Under the pieces are notes generated by a model. That model ran no database searches, was not told the origin of the DNA, and saw only the letters and a program-made list of their open reading frames with translations. From the UHGV virus genome UHGV-0210343: a stretch of DNA of 49,929 nt. The stretch is one strand, 5' to 3'. How positions within the stretch are numbered: the first letter of the stretch is position 1; each line of letters starts with the position of its first letter. Made by a program: the position numbers and the translations under genes. Shown here piece after piece: positions 8,431-17,771 of the stretch. Source of the stretch: a virus.

Positions 8431-8775
8431 TTACCCCGTTACCAGTGCGAAATCTGGAAGATCATTGCGATCGAACGTGTTTCCGTAGTTAACCACATTG
8501 CGAATCTGGTCAGCGCCAGCGGTAAGCGGGTCTGGCTCGGTGATGGTGCCAATCATAATAAAGTCGCCAACCGATGCATCCTGGTATTCTGTCCAGAATG
8601 TATTTTTCTGCGCAATCTCGTTTCCGGTTGCGCCGGTGTTAAGGTCTTTATCGAATCCGTAATCGCACATGAGAGGCTCAGGAGCTGCATAAGTTGGCTT
8701 GCCATACTTATCCTTGCCTGTCAGCCTCCAGATTGTGCAGGGCTGCGTATAGCTCCATCTGGCGATTGCTGTCAT
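8431..8775 (-). CDS. Head-tail adaptor / neck protein (114 aa), putative
   Basis: Synteny only. Confidence 0.4.
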   Translation of the reverse strand: MTAIARWSYTQPCTIWRLTGKDKYGKPTYAAPEPLMCDYGFDKDLNTGATGNEIAQKNTFWTEYQDASVGDFIMIGTITEPDPLTAGADQIRNVVNYGNTFDRNDLPDFALVTG

Positions 8776-8893
8776 GATGCGGCCTTAATAGTAAACATCC
8801 AGCGAGGGATTTGAATGCGCAGTAATACCAGAAGGTAGATAATACCCAGGCACCATTTGCGAATTTGAACATTGACAATTAATTTTCCAGTTT

Positions 8894-9288
8894 TCATCTG
8901 CATCTACTCCCGGTAACAACACGAAACCACGGCTTGGCGCTATCTTCAGGGTCCTCAACAAGGTCGCCGGTGCAATCAGCGGTATCAAGCAGCTTCATCT
9001 GATTGTAAAGTGCCACCCACGGCTTGCTTCCGTATGCGAATGACTGGGATGCACCTGATGGCGCATGCTGGCTTGTGACGTATCGGCCAGCGGTATTCGC
9101 AGCGATAAGGACTGAAGCCCACAGCATGATTGCGTCCTGTTTGCACGTGTCTCCGGGGTAGCTGGTCTCCAGGCATTCCGTAATTGCCGCGAGCAGGCAA
9201 AGAATGCCGGTTGCATCCGCTTCCGTGATGGTCATGCCACGGGATGCCATTGCTGCAACAAGCTCACTTGCTGTTGGTGCTGCCATTT
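8894..9288 (-). CDS. Head-tail connector-like protein; the ORF is open to 9367 but the likely start is MAAPTASE at 9288
   Basis: Synteny; the alternative upstream start would overlap the previous gene extensively. Confidence 0.4.
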
Positions 9289-9551
9289 CTTTTTGTCTCC
9301 CGGATTTTCCACCACATTTCGAAAAGGTTTTTTGCCACCAATGACAGCGCGCCAAGGATAGACGCAACGGCGGCCCATTCTGTGATTGAGTGAGGAATCA
9401 TTGACTCAATGTATGACTGTGCTATAGGCGTTTGCTCTGCCACCTTCAGGCCGAGGCCAGTGCCGATTGAGGTGTAACCTGCCTTGTCGATGACTTGCCC
9501 GACAGTTCCACTAATTATCTGGTTTGCGGCGTGCTGAAACGCGTCTCTCAT
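9264..9551 (-). CDS. Small structural or assembly protein (95 aa) with a hydrophobic C-terminal segment
   Basis: First gene of the minus-strand neck block; TGATAAAAT extended -10 about 150 nt upstream (9697-9705). Confidence 0.4.
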   Translation of the reverse strand: MRDAFQHAANQIISGTVGQVIDKAGYTSIGTGLGLKVAEQTPIAQSYIESMIPHSITEWAAVASILGALSLVAKNLFEMWWKIRETKRNGSTNSK

Positions 9552-9712
9552 TAATGAATCTCCGAATGATGAACTTCCAGCATCTGTACACCTGAACCAG
9601 CGAAAACGCTATGACGATAACGCCGATTGCTATATCCAATTTCGCCGCCTTACGTTTTTCAGGACGGAACAGCGCGGGGTTGATTGTGCTGAATTAATTT
9701 TATCATAAACTG

Positions 9713-9741
9713 TTGACGTAGATTGATGGTGTCGCTATAGT
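9713..9741 (+). promoter_or_regulatory. Promoter TTGACGTAGATTGA...-N17-TATAGT driving the plus-strand ParB/DGQHR cassette
   Basis: Family motif with a good -10. Confidence 0.55.
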
Positions 9742-9782
9742 GATGACGTAGAAACAACAATAAATGTTAGAGGTGATGAGAA

Positions 9783-9992
9783 ATGTTAGGTTATGAATAC
9801 CCGAAGTTGGAAGTTGGTGACGTTTACGACATGGGCGACGGAGTTCGCGGCAAAGTTACGGCTGCATGGAGGAATGGTACGGCAAATATGCTGGTTCTCG
9901 ACGGACCAACAAAGGGAATTACATGGTGCGTTAACGGCCAGTCAACTAGTGTATATACAAAAATTAAAGATGACTGCAAAGAACGTCGATAG
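9783..9992 (+). CDS. Hypothetical protein (69 aa)
   Basis: First ORF of the cassette. Confidence 0.4.
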   Translation: MLGYEYPKLEVGDVYDMGDGVRGKVTAAWRNGTANMLVLDGPTKGITWCVNGQSTSVYTKIKDDCKERR

Positions 9993-10010
9993 AATCATAG
10001 GGGAATCAAA

Positions 10011-10115
10011 TTGATTCGTGAACAAGACGCAAAAGAATGGCGCAAATTCAAAATCAAACTTGCATTAATCGTTATCGGATTCGCCATTGCCAGTGCAGTC
10101 GCCTTATCAAAGTGA
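10011..10115 (+). CDS. Possible small single-pass membrane peptide (34 aa, TTG start)
   Basis: GGGG spacer then TTG; hydrophobic LALIVIGFAIASAVAL helix. Confidence 0.2.
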   Translation: MIREQDAKEWRKFKIKLALIVIGFAIASAVALSK

Positions 10116-10150
10116 TTGCGAAGTGAAAAAAATCCAATGCGGAGGTGAAG

Positions 10151-10810
10151 ATGCATGATCTTATTAGCCAGTCATCCGACGAGGTGAAATACCGTGAACC
10201 ATTTTTTGTGCCTGTTGGCGAACTGGTTGTGAGTGAGCCACATCCAGAAAAAGAGGTTGTGGACTTTTTCGTTAGAGAAATGCAGTCCGGCATGAGAATG
10301 CCTCCTGTTGAGGTTAAGCGACTTGAGGATGGGAAGTTTACCGTCGTCATCGGCAAGGCAAGAGCCATTGCTTCAATGATGGTTGAATCAATGATGGTTG
10401 AATCAAGAGTAGATGAGGAGAAACTTGTACGGTGCAGGATGTATGAGTACAAAAACCTTATCCCAATTTTCAACTCAATACAGCGCAGCTCCGGTGATGT
10501 TAATGGTTTGTTTTTTAGAATTCGTGGATATAAATTTCTAAAAATGACAGGCATGACTGGCAAGGAGATATCAAGAAAATGTAAAAGGAATATGGATGAT
10601 CTCATCAAATGCATGATTGTAGATTCTATGCCATGTCACATTAAAAAAATTATCTTGAACGGCACTCTGTCACCATCTCTGGCGGTGGTCGTTGTGAAAA
10701 AGTTTGGTGCGCATGAAGCACATAGGGCAATAAGTAAAGCCTCAAATGACCCTTCCTTATGGGAAGGAAAGAGAATTACCCCAAGAATGATAATGAATCA
10801 TATTGATTAA
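10151..10810 (+). CDS. ParB/Sulfiredoxin-fold (ParB N-terminal nuclease-like) domain protein
   Basis: VPVGELVVSEPHPEK...VDFFVREMQSGMRMPPVEV...GKFTVVIGKARAIAS matches the ParBc consensus, with GKAR in place of the GERR Arg finger; GGAGG SD. Confidence 0.55.
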   Translation: MHDLISQSSDEVKYREPFFVPVGELVVSEPHPEKEVVDFFVREMQSGMRMPPVEVKRLEDGKFTVVIGKARAIASMMVESMMVESRVDEEKLVRCRMYEYKNLIPIFNSIQRSSGDVNGLFFRIRGYKFLKMTGMTGKEISRKCKRNMDDLIKCMIVDSMPCHIKKIILNGTLSPSLAVVVVKKFGAHEAHRAISKASNDPSLWEGKRITPRMIMNHID

Positions 10811-10830
10811 ACATAACTGGAATTCATAAG

Positions 10831-11646
10831 ATGACATCTCTCGGAAAAATTTACTCAGACAAAGAAACTCGCGGCGGAATCGTGGTCAACAAAGGTTATC
10901 AGGTTCCTGTCGACCAGCTTTACCTTGAGCCAGGCTACAACATCCGCGAAGCCGATGAGCAGCACGTTGAATACTTCGCGCAGTGCTGGGAATCAGGCCA
11001 GCCAATCCCGGCGTTAACTGTTATTCCTGATGCTGACGGAAAGCGCATCAAGATTCTTGACGGCCAGCATCGTTATCTTGGCGCATTGCGTGCCATTGAG
11101 CGCGGCGTGCCAATTGCGCGCATTGAGTGCAAAGACTTTACCGGCGATGAAGCGGATAAAATCGCCTTCATGGTGTCTTCCAGTCAGGGTAAGCAGCTCG
11201 ACCCGCTTGAGCGTGCGAAGGCTTATGTGCGTCTGAAAGGTTTTGGATGGACGAATGAAGAAATCGCCAAGAAGGTCGGTCGCTCAGTTTCTGATGTACA
11301 GATGCACCTGTCACTTGGTGATGTACCTGATGCCATCAAGCAGCGCATTAACGCAGGGCAAATCAGCTATGCCAACGCCGTTGCAGTCGCACGTGAGCAT
11401 GGCGATGATGCCGTTAACGTTATTGATGCTGCCGTTGAGGAAGCAAAAGCACAGGGCAAGGATAAGGTGACGGCCAAAACGCTCAAAGCCAAAAAAGTTA
11501 AGCCGATTGACCGCCTGATTCAGCTGCTGAAAGAAGCAGATCATATGGTGGTTACTGAGGGTCATGTGGCACAGGAGACCGAGGAGTTTTTGCGCCTTCC
11601 ATCTGCTGAGTTGAGTGAAGTGCTGGCGATTCTGGAGAAGCTGTGA
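10831..11646 (+). CDS. DGQHR-domain protein (DndB-like branch of the ParB-fold superfamily)
   Basis: LEPGYNIRE...ILDGQHRYLGALRA carries the eponymous Asp-Gly-Gln-His-Arg motif of the DGQHR/DndB family. Confidence 0.55.
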   Translation: MTSLGKIYSDKETRGGIVVNKGYQVPVDQLYLEPGYNIREADEQHVEYFAQCWESGQPIPALTVIPDADGKRIKILDGQHRYLGALRAIERGVPIARIECKDFTGDEADKIAFMVSSSQGKQLDPLERAKAYVRLKGFGWTNEEIAKKVGRSVSDVQMHLSLGDVPDAIKQRINAGQISYANAVAVAREHGDDAVNVIDAAVEEAKAQGKDKVTAKTLKAKKVKPIDRLIQLLKEADHMVVTEGHVAQETEEFLRLPSAELSEVLAILEKL

Positions 11647-11840
11647 TGATTACAATTGGCACTGCTGCAAAAAACATAAAAGAAGGCGATCACATCCTAA
11701 TGCGAGACGGCGTGGCTCGCCAGGTGGAGAAAATTCACTATCAGGAGGATATAATCGCATTTGAAATGAAGCGTTACGAAGAAAAAACAAGGCATTTCTT
11801 ATTTTATGATGAATGCGCAAACGTGGTGGAGAGTTGGTAA
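11643..11840 (+). CDS. Hypothetical protein (65 aa)
   Basis: ATGA-coupled ORF. Confidence 0.4.
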   Translation: MMITIGTAAKNIKEGDHILMRDGVARQVEKIHYQEDIIAFEMKRYEEKTRHFLFYDECANVVESW

Positions 11841-12013
11841 TGAATCCCGAACAATTCATAGAGAAAAACCTGCGCGAAAAACTGCCAGGCATCGACAACG
11901 CGGCCATAGAGGCTGCGTTACAACACTATCGACAATGCCGAAGCGTTACAGGAAAATCATTTGATGAGATGCTGTATATTGCAAAGCAGCATTACATTAA
12001 GAACAAAAAATAA
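11840..12013 (+). CDS. Hypothetical protein (57 aa; start MNPEQF)
   Basis: TAATG stop-start overlap with the previous ORF. Confidence 0.4.
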   Translation: MNPEQFIEKNLREKLPGIDNAAIEAALQHYRQCRSVTGKSFDEMLYIAKQHYIKNKK

Positions 12014-12038
12014 CTGTTATACCAATGAGGATTTAGTG

Positions 12039-12290
12039 ATGAAAAAGAATGGTGTTTTTACTCAGAAGGACGGCTCAAAAGTTGCCCGTCTTGGTGATGG
12101 TTACGTTGGCATTAAATTTGGCTATTGCCATGGTGAAAAGTTAATAGCCATTGCGAATAGCATAAATCGTAGGGTGCCGGGCGATGAAGTTGATGATATT
12201 GATGAGGCGGAAATTTATATCACATTCAAAGACAACGCCTCAATTCAGCGGCTGATTGATGGCCTCGTCAATCTCCGCGACCATAAGTAA
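12039..12290 (+). CDS. Hypothetical protein (83 aa; start MKKNGVF)
   Basis: SD-like GAGGAT upstream; ends at the terminator. Confidence 0.4.
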   Translation: MKKNGVFTQKDGSKVARLGDGYVGIKFGYCHGEKLIAIANSINRRVPGDEVDDIDEAEIYITFKDNASIQRLIDGLVNLRDHK

Positions 12291-12312
12291 ACAAAGCCCC
12301 TTTCGGGGCTTT
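12291..12312. terminator. Bidirectional terminator AAGCCCCtttcGGGGCTT
   Basis: Perfect hairpin with T-tracts on both strands. Confidence 0.7.
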
Positions 12313-12319
12313 TCTTTTA

Positions 12320-13138
12320 TCACGGAAGATAAGCGTCATCCTCAAACCACGAAACGTAAGCATTGATATTTTGTGCCGCAGTATCCAGTGACGTAATGCG
12401 CAACAGATAGGTAGTATTAGGCGCCATGATGACCTGTTCACCAAGTTTTGCCTGTGAATTACCCTGCCCCTGGTTTGATGCGTTCCCTTCACTATACGTC
12501 GCCGCCACCGTCAGCTGCCCAATGCTTGTCACAGTAGAGCCAGTCAGAAGCTGCGCTGTTGCAGTATGCGGCGCGATATCATTTGGGTTATTAATCTCCG
12601 CAGCGGTGCCGCCAGTCGCAACCGCTCCGCGATAAATTGACGCGATAACACCCTTTCCGGTGTAGCCGATAATGCGCTGGTTAAAAATAACCTGCTTAGC
12701 ACCAGTGATGAAAATGCTATCGAGGTTGGCGGAACCTGCAACCGCCTCAACGCGCCGTGATGCGGTAAACAGCTTGCCTTGTTTATTCGCTCTCTCTATG
12801 TATGATTGCACTGTAAGGCTGCTGGCCGGTGGTGCGATATCAGCTCGCCAGATGAGGACGCGCAATGATGCCACTGCCGCTGGTAACTGGCTCTTGACCA
12901 CCTTCAGGCGCAAGGCGACGCCATAATAATTATTATTGTTGACGTCAATCCAGTAATCGCCAGAGTCAAAAGGTGAAACCTTAACGGCAATAGCGCCACT
13001 TGTGAGCGGCGTGTAATTCCCTGATGCATCCAACGGCACAATGCTGACCTGTAGCGCCGTCCAGTCAGGTGACATCCTTTCACCCAACAACACCTCTCCA
13101 TCAGTCGGAGTGGTAAAAATTTCGTATCTGATAGCCAT
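12320..13138 (-). CDS. Probable virion structural protein (272 aa from MAIRYE; the ORF is open to 13306)
   Basis: The terminator hairpin at 13148-13178 lies inside the longer ORF, so the downstream ATG at 13138 is the likely start. Confidence 0.4.
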   Translation of the reverse strand: MAIRYEIFTTPTDGEVLLGERMSPDWTALQVSIVPLDASGNYTPLTSGAIAVKVSPFDSGDYWIDVNNNNYYGVALRLKVVKSQLPAAVASLRVLIWRADIAPPASSLTVQSYIERANKQGKLFTASRRVEAVAGSANLDSIFITGAKQVIFNQRIIGYTGKGVIASIYRGAVATGGTAAEINNPNDIAPHTATAQLLTGSTVTSIGQLTVAATYSEGNASNQGQGNSQAKLGEQVIMAPNTTYLLRITSLDTAAQNINAYVSWFEDDAYLP

Positions 13139-13147
13139 AAATCCCCC

Positions 13148-13178
13148 AATAAAAAACCCGCTTGTTTGCGGGTTTATT
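13148..13178. terminator. Rho-independent terminator AAACCCGCttgtttGCGGGTTT with T-tracts on both strands
   Basis: Hairpin plus T-runs. Confidence 0.65.
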
Positions 13179-13373
13179 TTACTTGGTTTTCTTCGCCCTG
13201 GGCTGCGATTCTTGCGGAGTTGCAACTTCCAGAATTTTCTCACTAACCGGGCGAAGTTTTGACTCAATGTGCGGGCTTGATTCGTCAATGATATCGCCAA
13301 TAGCAAGCTCGCGCAGGCGACCGTCTTTATCCTTGACGAAGATTCCGCTGGCGATAACTTCGTATTTAGCCAT
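13179..13373 (-). CDS. Stand-alone 64-aa protein with its own promoter (TGTGTTATAAT at 13402-13412) and terminator
   Basis: AGAGGA SD; perfect extended -10. Confidence 0.45.
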   Translation of the reverse strand: MAKYEVIASGIFVKDKDGRLRELAIGDIIDESSPHIESKLRPVSEKILEVATPQESQPRAKKTK

Positions 13374-13464
13374 GATAAATTCCTCTATTTTGATGTTGAT
13401 TAATTATAACACATAGCGCATTGGTGTGATAAGATGGCAAAACCAAATCAGTAAGGATTACATC

Positions 13465-14262
13465 ATGACTACAAGAAAAGAGCTGGCTATTAAAGCCAGA
13501 GGGCAGGGATTAAAGCAGTTTATCTGCACTGAACTCCCTTGCGCAAAGTGTGGTTGCGTCACCTTTTTTACTGCTGGAGGAGGAAGATGTAAGGATTGTT
13601 TGTATGAGTTCACCAGAGCTAAGCGCGCAACAAGCGAGGGGCAGGAAAAGGAGCGTATTAGCCGAAAAAAATCATATGACAAATATTACTCCGTGCCTGA
13701 AAACAGGAAAAAGAAATCAGAAAAAGATAAAGCCTACATAAGGCGCGTAAAGTCTGATCCCTCAAGGCGTGAGGCGTTCCTGGAGAAGAAAAGGAAGATT
13801 TATCGTAAATGGTATTATTCTGAGCATGGGAATGCAAAAGCACTACAAAATGTAAAGCAATGGATGAATGAAAATCCACACCATAGACTACTTAGGAAGG
13901 CATTAGAGAGGATGGACATCAAGATCGGTGCTATTCTTTCCGATTCAAGCGTGGATGAAGTGCTTGGTTACTCAAAGGATGAATTCATTAGCCATATAGA
14001 GTCAACAATGGAGCCGTGGATGAGCTTTGATGATAGAAGCTCCTGGCATATTGACCACATTCTTCCTGTGAACTGGTTTGTTAAAAATGGGCTTGTGTAT
14101 CCAGAGTTAGTTAATTGCTTGCATAACCTTAAAGCTGAGCCTGCCGAGTACAATTTCAAAAAGAATAGCCGGTGGCTAAGGGATGATATTACGGAATGGG
14201 AGTGGTGTTATATGCTTCAGTGGATGGTTTATGGCGAGATAAGGTATAAAGAAGGGGGCTAA
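13465..14262 (+). CDS. HNH homing endonuclease
   Basis: C-terminal SWHIDHILPVNWF...LHNL HNH motif with Zn-ribbon Cys pairs near the N-terminus; AAGGAT SD; free-standing, on the opposite strand from its neighbours. Confidence 0.65.
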   Translation: MTTRKELAIKARGQGLKQFICTELPCAKCGCVTFFTAGGGRCKDCLYEFTRAKRATSEGQEKERISRKKSYDKYYSVPENRKKKSEKDKAYIRRVKSDPSRREAFLEKKRKIYRKWYYSEHGNAKALQNVKQWMNENPHHRLLRKALERMDIKIGAILSDSSVDEVLGYSKDEFISHIESTMEPWMSFDDRSSWHIDHILPVNWFVKNGLVYPELVNCLHNLKAEPAEYNFKKNSRWLRDDITEWEWCYMLQWMVYGEIRYKEGG

Positions 14263-14275
14263 CGCCCCCTTATCA
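14250..14275. terminator. Bidirectional hairpin GGGGGCtaacGCCCCC right after the capsid gene stop (minus) and the HNH stop (plus)
   Basis: Perfect 6-bp GC stem with a T-tract on the minus side. Confidence 0.6.
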
Positions 14276-14276
14276 A

Positions 14277-15365
14277 TTACAGCGCGGTTTGCGTGCCGTA
14301 GCCGTTAAACACTTTGCTTAGGCCGTTATGATCGCGCCGAATTTGCAGACCCATAGCAGCCCACGTTAAAAAGTTGAAGTTAGCGTGCGGCGTGGTACGC
14401 GGCTCTGCATAGGTGGACACCGGCTGAGCGACGCGAGGGCGAATATACAGCGCATTCTTCACGTAGCCGACAAAGTGGTTGCCGGTCAGCTTGAAGTTGG
14501 TGCCGATAGACGCGATGCGGCCAACGTTGCCAGTTTTGCCGAATGCGAGGATGTAATCCTCAATGGTGCCGCCTTTGAAGCCTGCCGCGTTGGAGTACGG
14601 ACGGCTGAAAGAACGACGCACAGACGGAGAAACCCACAGAGTAACCGGCTCGAACACGTTCTGTGCATCCAGAACCGCCTGGAAATCCTGGTTGAAGAAC
14701 TCAACGATTTCATCAGGGGTTGCAGTTTGCAGGTCGATGTTCAGCGCACCAGTGCCGGAGGCGCTCAGGTTGAGCTGCACAGTGTTCGGGTGGTTAGTGA
14801 TACCGTAAGCAGTATAAACACCGTTCACGTTCAGGCTTGCATCGCCGACCAGCAGATAATCAGCCATGTCTGCGCGCAGGTTGAAGGTGGTGCTTTCCTG
14901 GTCATCAATCAGCGGGTCGAAACCTTCAGACTGCATACCCAGCAGCTCTCGCCACTCGCGGCCATAACCGGTTTTGAAGATCGGGATTACATCGCCGCTG
15001 TAGGAATAGCGGGTTTTATCCAGGTCTTCAGGCTCCTGACCGGAGATGGTGCGCACAACCTTGCCAGCATCGGAGGCCATGCGGCTGATTGCCACGGTCT
15101 TGCCGATGTTGATGTTGGTCGCCAGCGTCATCAGGTCGGCCATCATGTCCATGCCGGACTCGTTGCGGAATACACGGGTGGTCACGTCGTCCACTTCGCG
15201 CCAGTAGTCTTTCGTTACCAGTGCGGTGGCGTTTACGCCGTACTCTTTCGCCAGAGCGTTTTCACCATTGATGAAAACCTTGCGGTCAACGGTCAGGTGG
15301 CGCCACTGCTCTCTAACCACCTGCGAGTTGGTGATCAGGCCTTTCGTAAAGATAATCTTTTCCAT
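14277..15365 (-). CDS. Major capsid protein (362 aa)
   Basis: Size and position after a scaffold-like gene and a small head protein; followed by a terminator, as expected for a highly expressed capsid gene. Confidence 0.7.
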   Translation of the reverse strand: MEKIIFTKGLITNSQVVREQWRHLTVDRKVFINGENALAKEYGVNATALVTKDYWREVDDVTTRVFRNESGMDMMADLMTLATNINIGKTVAISRMASDAGKVVRTISGQEPEDLDKTRYSYSGDVIPIFKTGYGREWRELLGMQSEGFDPLIDDQESTTFNLRADMADYLLVGDASLNVNGVYTAYGITNHPNTVQLNLSASGTGALNIDLQTATPDEIVEFFNQDFQAVLDAQNVFEPVTLWVSPSVRRSFSRPYSNAAGFKGGTIEDYILAFGKTGNVGRIASIGTNFKLTGNHFVGYVKNALYIRPRVAQPVSTYAEPRTTPHANFNFLTWAAMGLQIRRDHNGLSKVFNGYGTQTAL

Positions 15366-15376
15366 TGTTCGGCTCC

Positions 15377-15841
15377 TTACGCCGCAGGCATTGCAGCATT
15401 GCCAGCGCGACGAACTGCAACTAGTTCAGCGCCATCAGATGCTACGGTGTAGGCTTCATACGCATAAAACAGGATGTTTTCGCCTGCTTCTGCAACCTTT
15501 AACGCGCCGGAGCCATTGCTTGCCAGCGGAGTACCTTTTACCAGCGCGGAGGATGCCGCAACCAGAGCGTGATACGTTACGCCAAATTCGCACTGTACTG
15601 CCATGCCGGTAGCATTTGCCGGTACAGCTTCGCTCACGTCGCCGCCGCCAACATAGTTGTGTTGCAGGACGTAAGGGAAACCATGACCGCCAGCAGTCGC
15701 ATGCGCGATGATTTTGTCAGAGGAGTTGAAGTCGACCAGTGCGCCCGGTTGCAGAGCAACGTTCATCAGACCTTCACGCAACTGCGGGTCGTTTTTGCGG
15801 GCCGGGCCGCCGATGATGGTGCCATAACGGATAGTAGCCAT
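15377..15841 (-). CDS. Small head protein (154 aa), possible capsid decoration/auxiliary protein
   Basis: Gly/Ala-rich protein between the scaffold-like gene and the capsid gene. Confidence 0.4.
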   Translation of the reverse strand: MATIRYGTIIGGPARKNDPQLREGLMNVALQPGALVDFNSSDKIIAHATAGGHGFPYVLQHNYVGGGDVSEAVPANATGMAVQCEFGVTYHALVAASSALVKGTPLASNGSGALKVAEAGENILFYAYEAYTVASDGAELVAVRRAGNAAMPAA

Positions 15842-17244
15842 TATTCAGGTGCCTCCATATCAAAATCTTCTTCGGCACGGTTCGGCTGGAACCCGCCGGA
15901 AATCGGAGCCGCTTTACTGGTGAGCGCATAGGTTTCACGCAGTGCTTCGCCAGTCAGCGCATTAACAGCAGATTCCGGCAACTTCAGCTCAGCCATAATG
16001 GCGGCGCGCATTGCGGTTTCTTCCTGTGCGGCATTGGCTTGCAGCTGGTCGCGCAGGGTTTTGTTTTGCGCCTCCACGTCGGCCAGTTTCTGGTTGACTG
16101 CGGTCAACGATTCCTGAACCGGTTTGAGGGCATCGGCTAATACAGCCTGTAATTCCTCGTTAGTCATTGAGATTTCCCCTTGAGTTGTTTTTACCGGTTC
16201 AAGCTCTGTCTTATAAACAGCCTTAACCCGTTCACCGACTAATTGTACCACATCATTTATAATAACGTAGGACTGCATATATTTGACGCCATCAATCTCA
16301 ACGCCAAACTTATCATCATAAACAGCAAACACAAAAGGCCAGCTATCCTGGGATAACTCCTCTTTTATTTTTCCACGTATCTGATCGGCAATCTCATCAA
16401 ATGACAGGTCGCTATTTCTGGTGATGTAGTTGATGGCACGCTGCCACCATTTGATTTTGTTTGCACTTTCGTCTGGCATTGCCGATTCCTCAAGGTTAAC
16501 TACAACACGCTCAATGTCTTCGCCGTTAGCAGCGAAGATACCGACACCATCAGCAGGGCCGCCAGCACCAGGAATACCAGGCGGAAGAATTGCAAGGTGG
16601 TCCCATTCCATATTCCTGGCAATCCAGGAATATTTTTTGCCCTTAGAAGTTCCCGATGCTTGCTCGCGGTTGAGCAACAGGCCCGTGGACACTTGCACAG
16701 GTTCAGCATCGACGCTGTTAACTTTGAGCCCATCAATACGCAACAGCAACTCCCTGCCTTTATCAGATCGCTCAGCTACCACCTTGTTAATATAAAGGTC
16801 TACCAGTGCCTTGCTGCCGTCATGAGATGAGTTCTCAATCCATGCGCCAACGCTGAACTGATTAGCGGCCCGCGTCATGTTGGCTGACACATATTTGCCA
16901 TCAATCTTCGGGTGGTCATATGGCGCCGGTTTCCCGTCAAGACCATGGAATGACTTTTTAATCTCATCACCAGGATACAGGCCGCCATTCATGACAATGT
17001 CGTCCACAACCGGCACAACATTTTTGATGACATAATGCGGGTCGCCATCAATGATTTTTTCACTGATGTTGCTGGCTGAGTTGATGGTGTACAGGATGTT
17101 AACCTGTAATTTATTATTCATATGCTTGAATGCCTCCACCTCAGCAAGGCGCTTTTTCGCCGCCTCTTCGGTGTCGTACTCGCCAAACTGGTGCGAGCCA
17201 TCCTTAGATTTAACGACCCACTTGTCGCCAATTTTGACAATCAT
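15841..17244 (-). CDS. Scaffolding-like protein with an acidic coiled-coil C-terminus; possibly a fused prohead protease
   Basis: The C-terminal 120 aa are coiled-coil and end in an acidic tail; ATGA overlap with the downstream gene. A protease domain is not proven. Confidence 0.4.
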   Translation of the reverse strand: MIVKIGDKWVVKSKDGSHQFGEYDTEEAAKKRLAEVEAFKHMNNKLQVNILYTINSASNISEKIIDGDPHYVIKNVVPVVDDIVMNGGLYPGDEIKKSFHGLDGKPAPYDHPKIDGKYVSANMTRAANQFSVGAWIENSSHDGSKALVDLYINKVVAERSDKGRELLLRIDGLKVNSVDAEPVQVSTGLLLNREQASGTSKGKKYSWIARNMEWDHLAILPPGIPGAGGPADGVGIFAANGEDIERVVVNLEESAMPDESANKIKWWQRAINYITRNSDLSFDEIADQIRGKIKEELSQDSWPFVFAVYDDKFGVEIDGVKYMQSYVIINDVVQLVGERVKAVYKTELEPVKTTQGEISMTNEELQAVLADALKPVQESLTAVNQKLADVEAQNKTLRDQLQANAAQEETAMRAAIMAELKLPESAVNALTGEALRETYALTSKAAPISGGFQPNRAEEDFDMEAPE

Positions 17245-17274
17245 GACCTTTCTCCGCGCTTACTTTATGCCCGG

Positions 17275-17287
17275 ATTATAACACACC
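17275..17287 (-). promoter_or_regulatory. Extended -10 promoter GGTGTGTTATAAT (minus) for the capsid operon
   Basis: The same TGTGTTATAAT element as at 13402-13412. Confidence 0.5.
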
Positions 17288-17426
17288 ATGAATATGCACC
17301 ACGAAACGGATGCGAGAAGGTAAAGCGGAGATGCGGTAAAAGCGAAAAGAGTAGCAAAGAATGATATCAGTATGATTGGCATGGCTGCTACCTCCTGAGT
17401 GCAAGGTAACAGCCACGGAAGAGAAT

Positions 17427-17771
17427 TTATTGAGGACTATTCTTATTTAACATTCCGCAGTTAATTTTTGCGCGGTTTACGGCATCCATAAATTTACCGA
17501 CAGGCATCGTTTTTCGGATTTCAGCCAGAATGGCGCCGTGCAACATTCTTTCTTCGCCGTAGTAGAGCTTATCAAGGCGAGTGCGAACCAGTGCGCGGGT
17601 GCGCTTCATGTGGTCTCTTGCCTTCATGGCCTTCTCTTTCCAGACCTTATTTCCATTCTGATTGCCAGCAAGCTGGCGCTCGATAGCCTCAATCTCAAAG
17701 GCAAGTGTCATATCAATGTCATCCAGTTCGCTGATTGTTGCTTCCATGATTTCGTTGAGTTGTAGTTTCAT
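17427..17771 (-). CDS. Hypothetical coiled-coil protein (114 aa)
   Basis: Operon member. Confidence 0.4.
   Translation of the reverse strand: MKLQLNEIMEATISELDDIDMTLAFEIEAIERQLAGNQNGNKVWKEKAMKARDHMKRTRALVRTRLDKLYYGEERMLHGAILAEIRKTMPVGKFMDAVNRAKINCGMLNKNSPQ

Noticed and set aside
8785-9216. Overlapping ORFs 8785-8988, 8985-9200 and 8995-9216
   Set aside because: They are alternative frames of the 8894-9288 neck gene region. No SD. Inconsistent with the tight minus-strand operon.
10376-10405. Possible CRISPR-like or iteron repeat
   Set aside because: Only two 15-bp copies, with no spacer, inside a coding frame. It is a simple in-frame tandem duplication. No CRISPR array exists anywhere in the window.
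10072-10614. 180-aa minus-strand ORF covering the ParB-like gene
   Set aside because: It is antisense to a gene with recognisable ParB motifs and an SD. It lies inside a plus-strand cassette bounded by a promoter and a terminator.
14385-15612. 355-aa plus-strand ORF and other ORFs antisense to the major capsid and decoration genes
   Set aside because: It is antisense to a well-supported structural gene, and its composition (Arg/His/Val-rich) is typical of reverse-frame artefacts.
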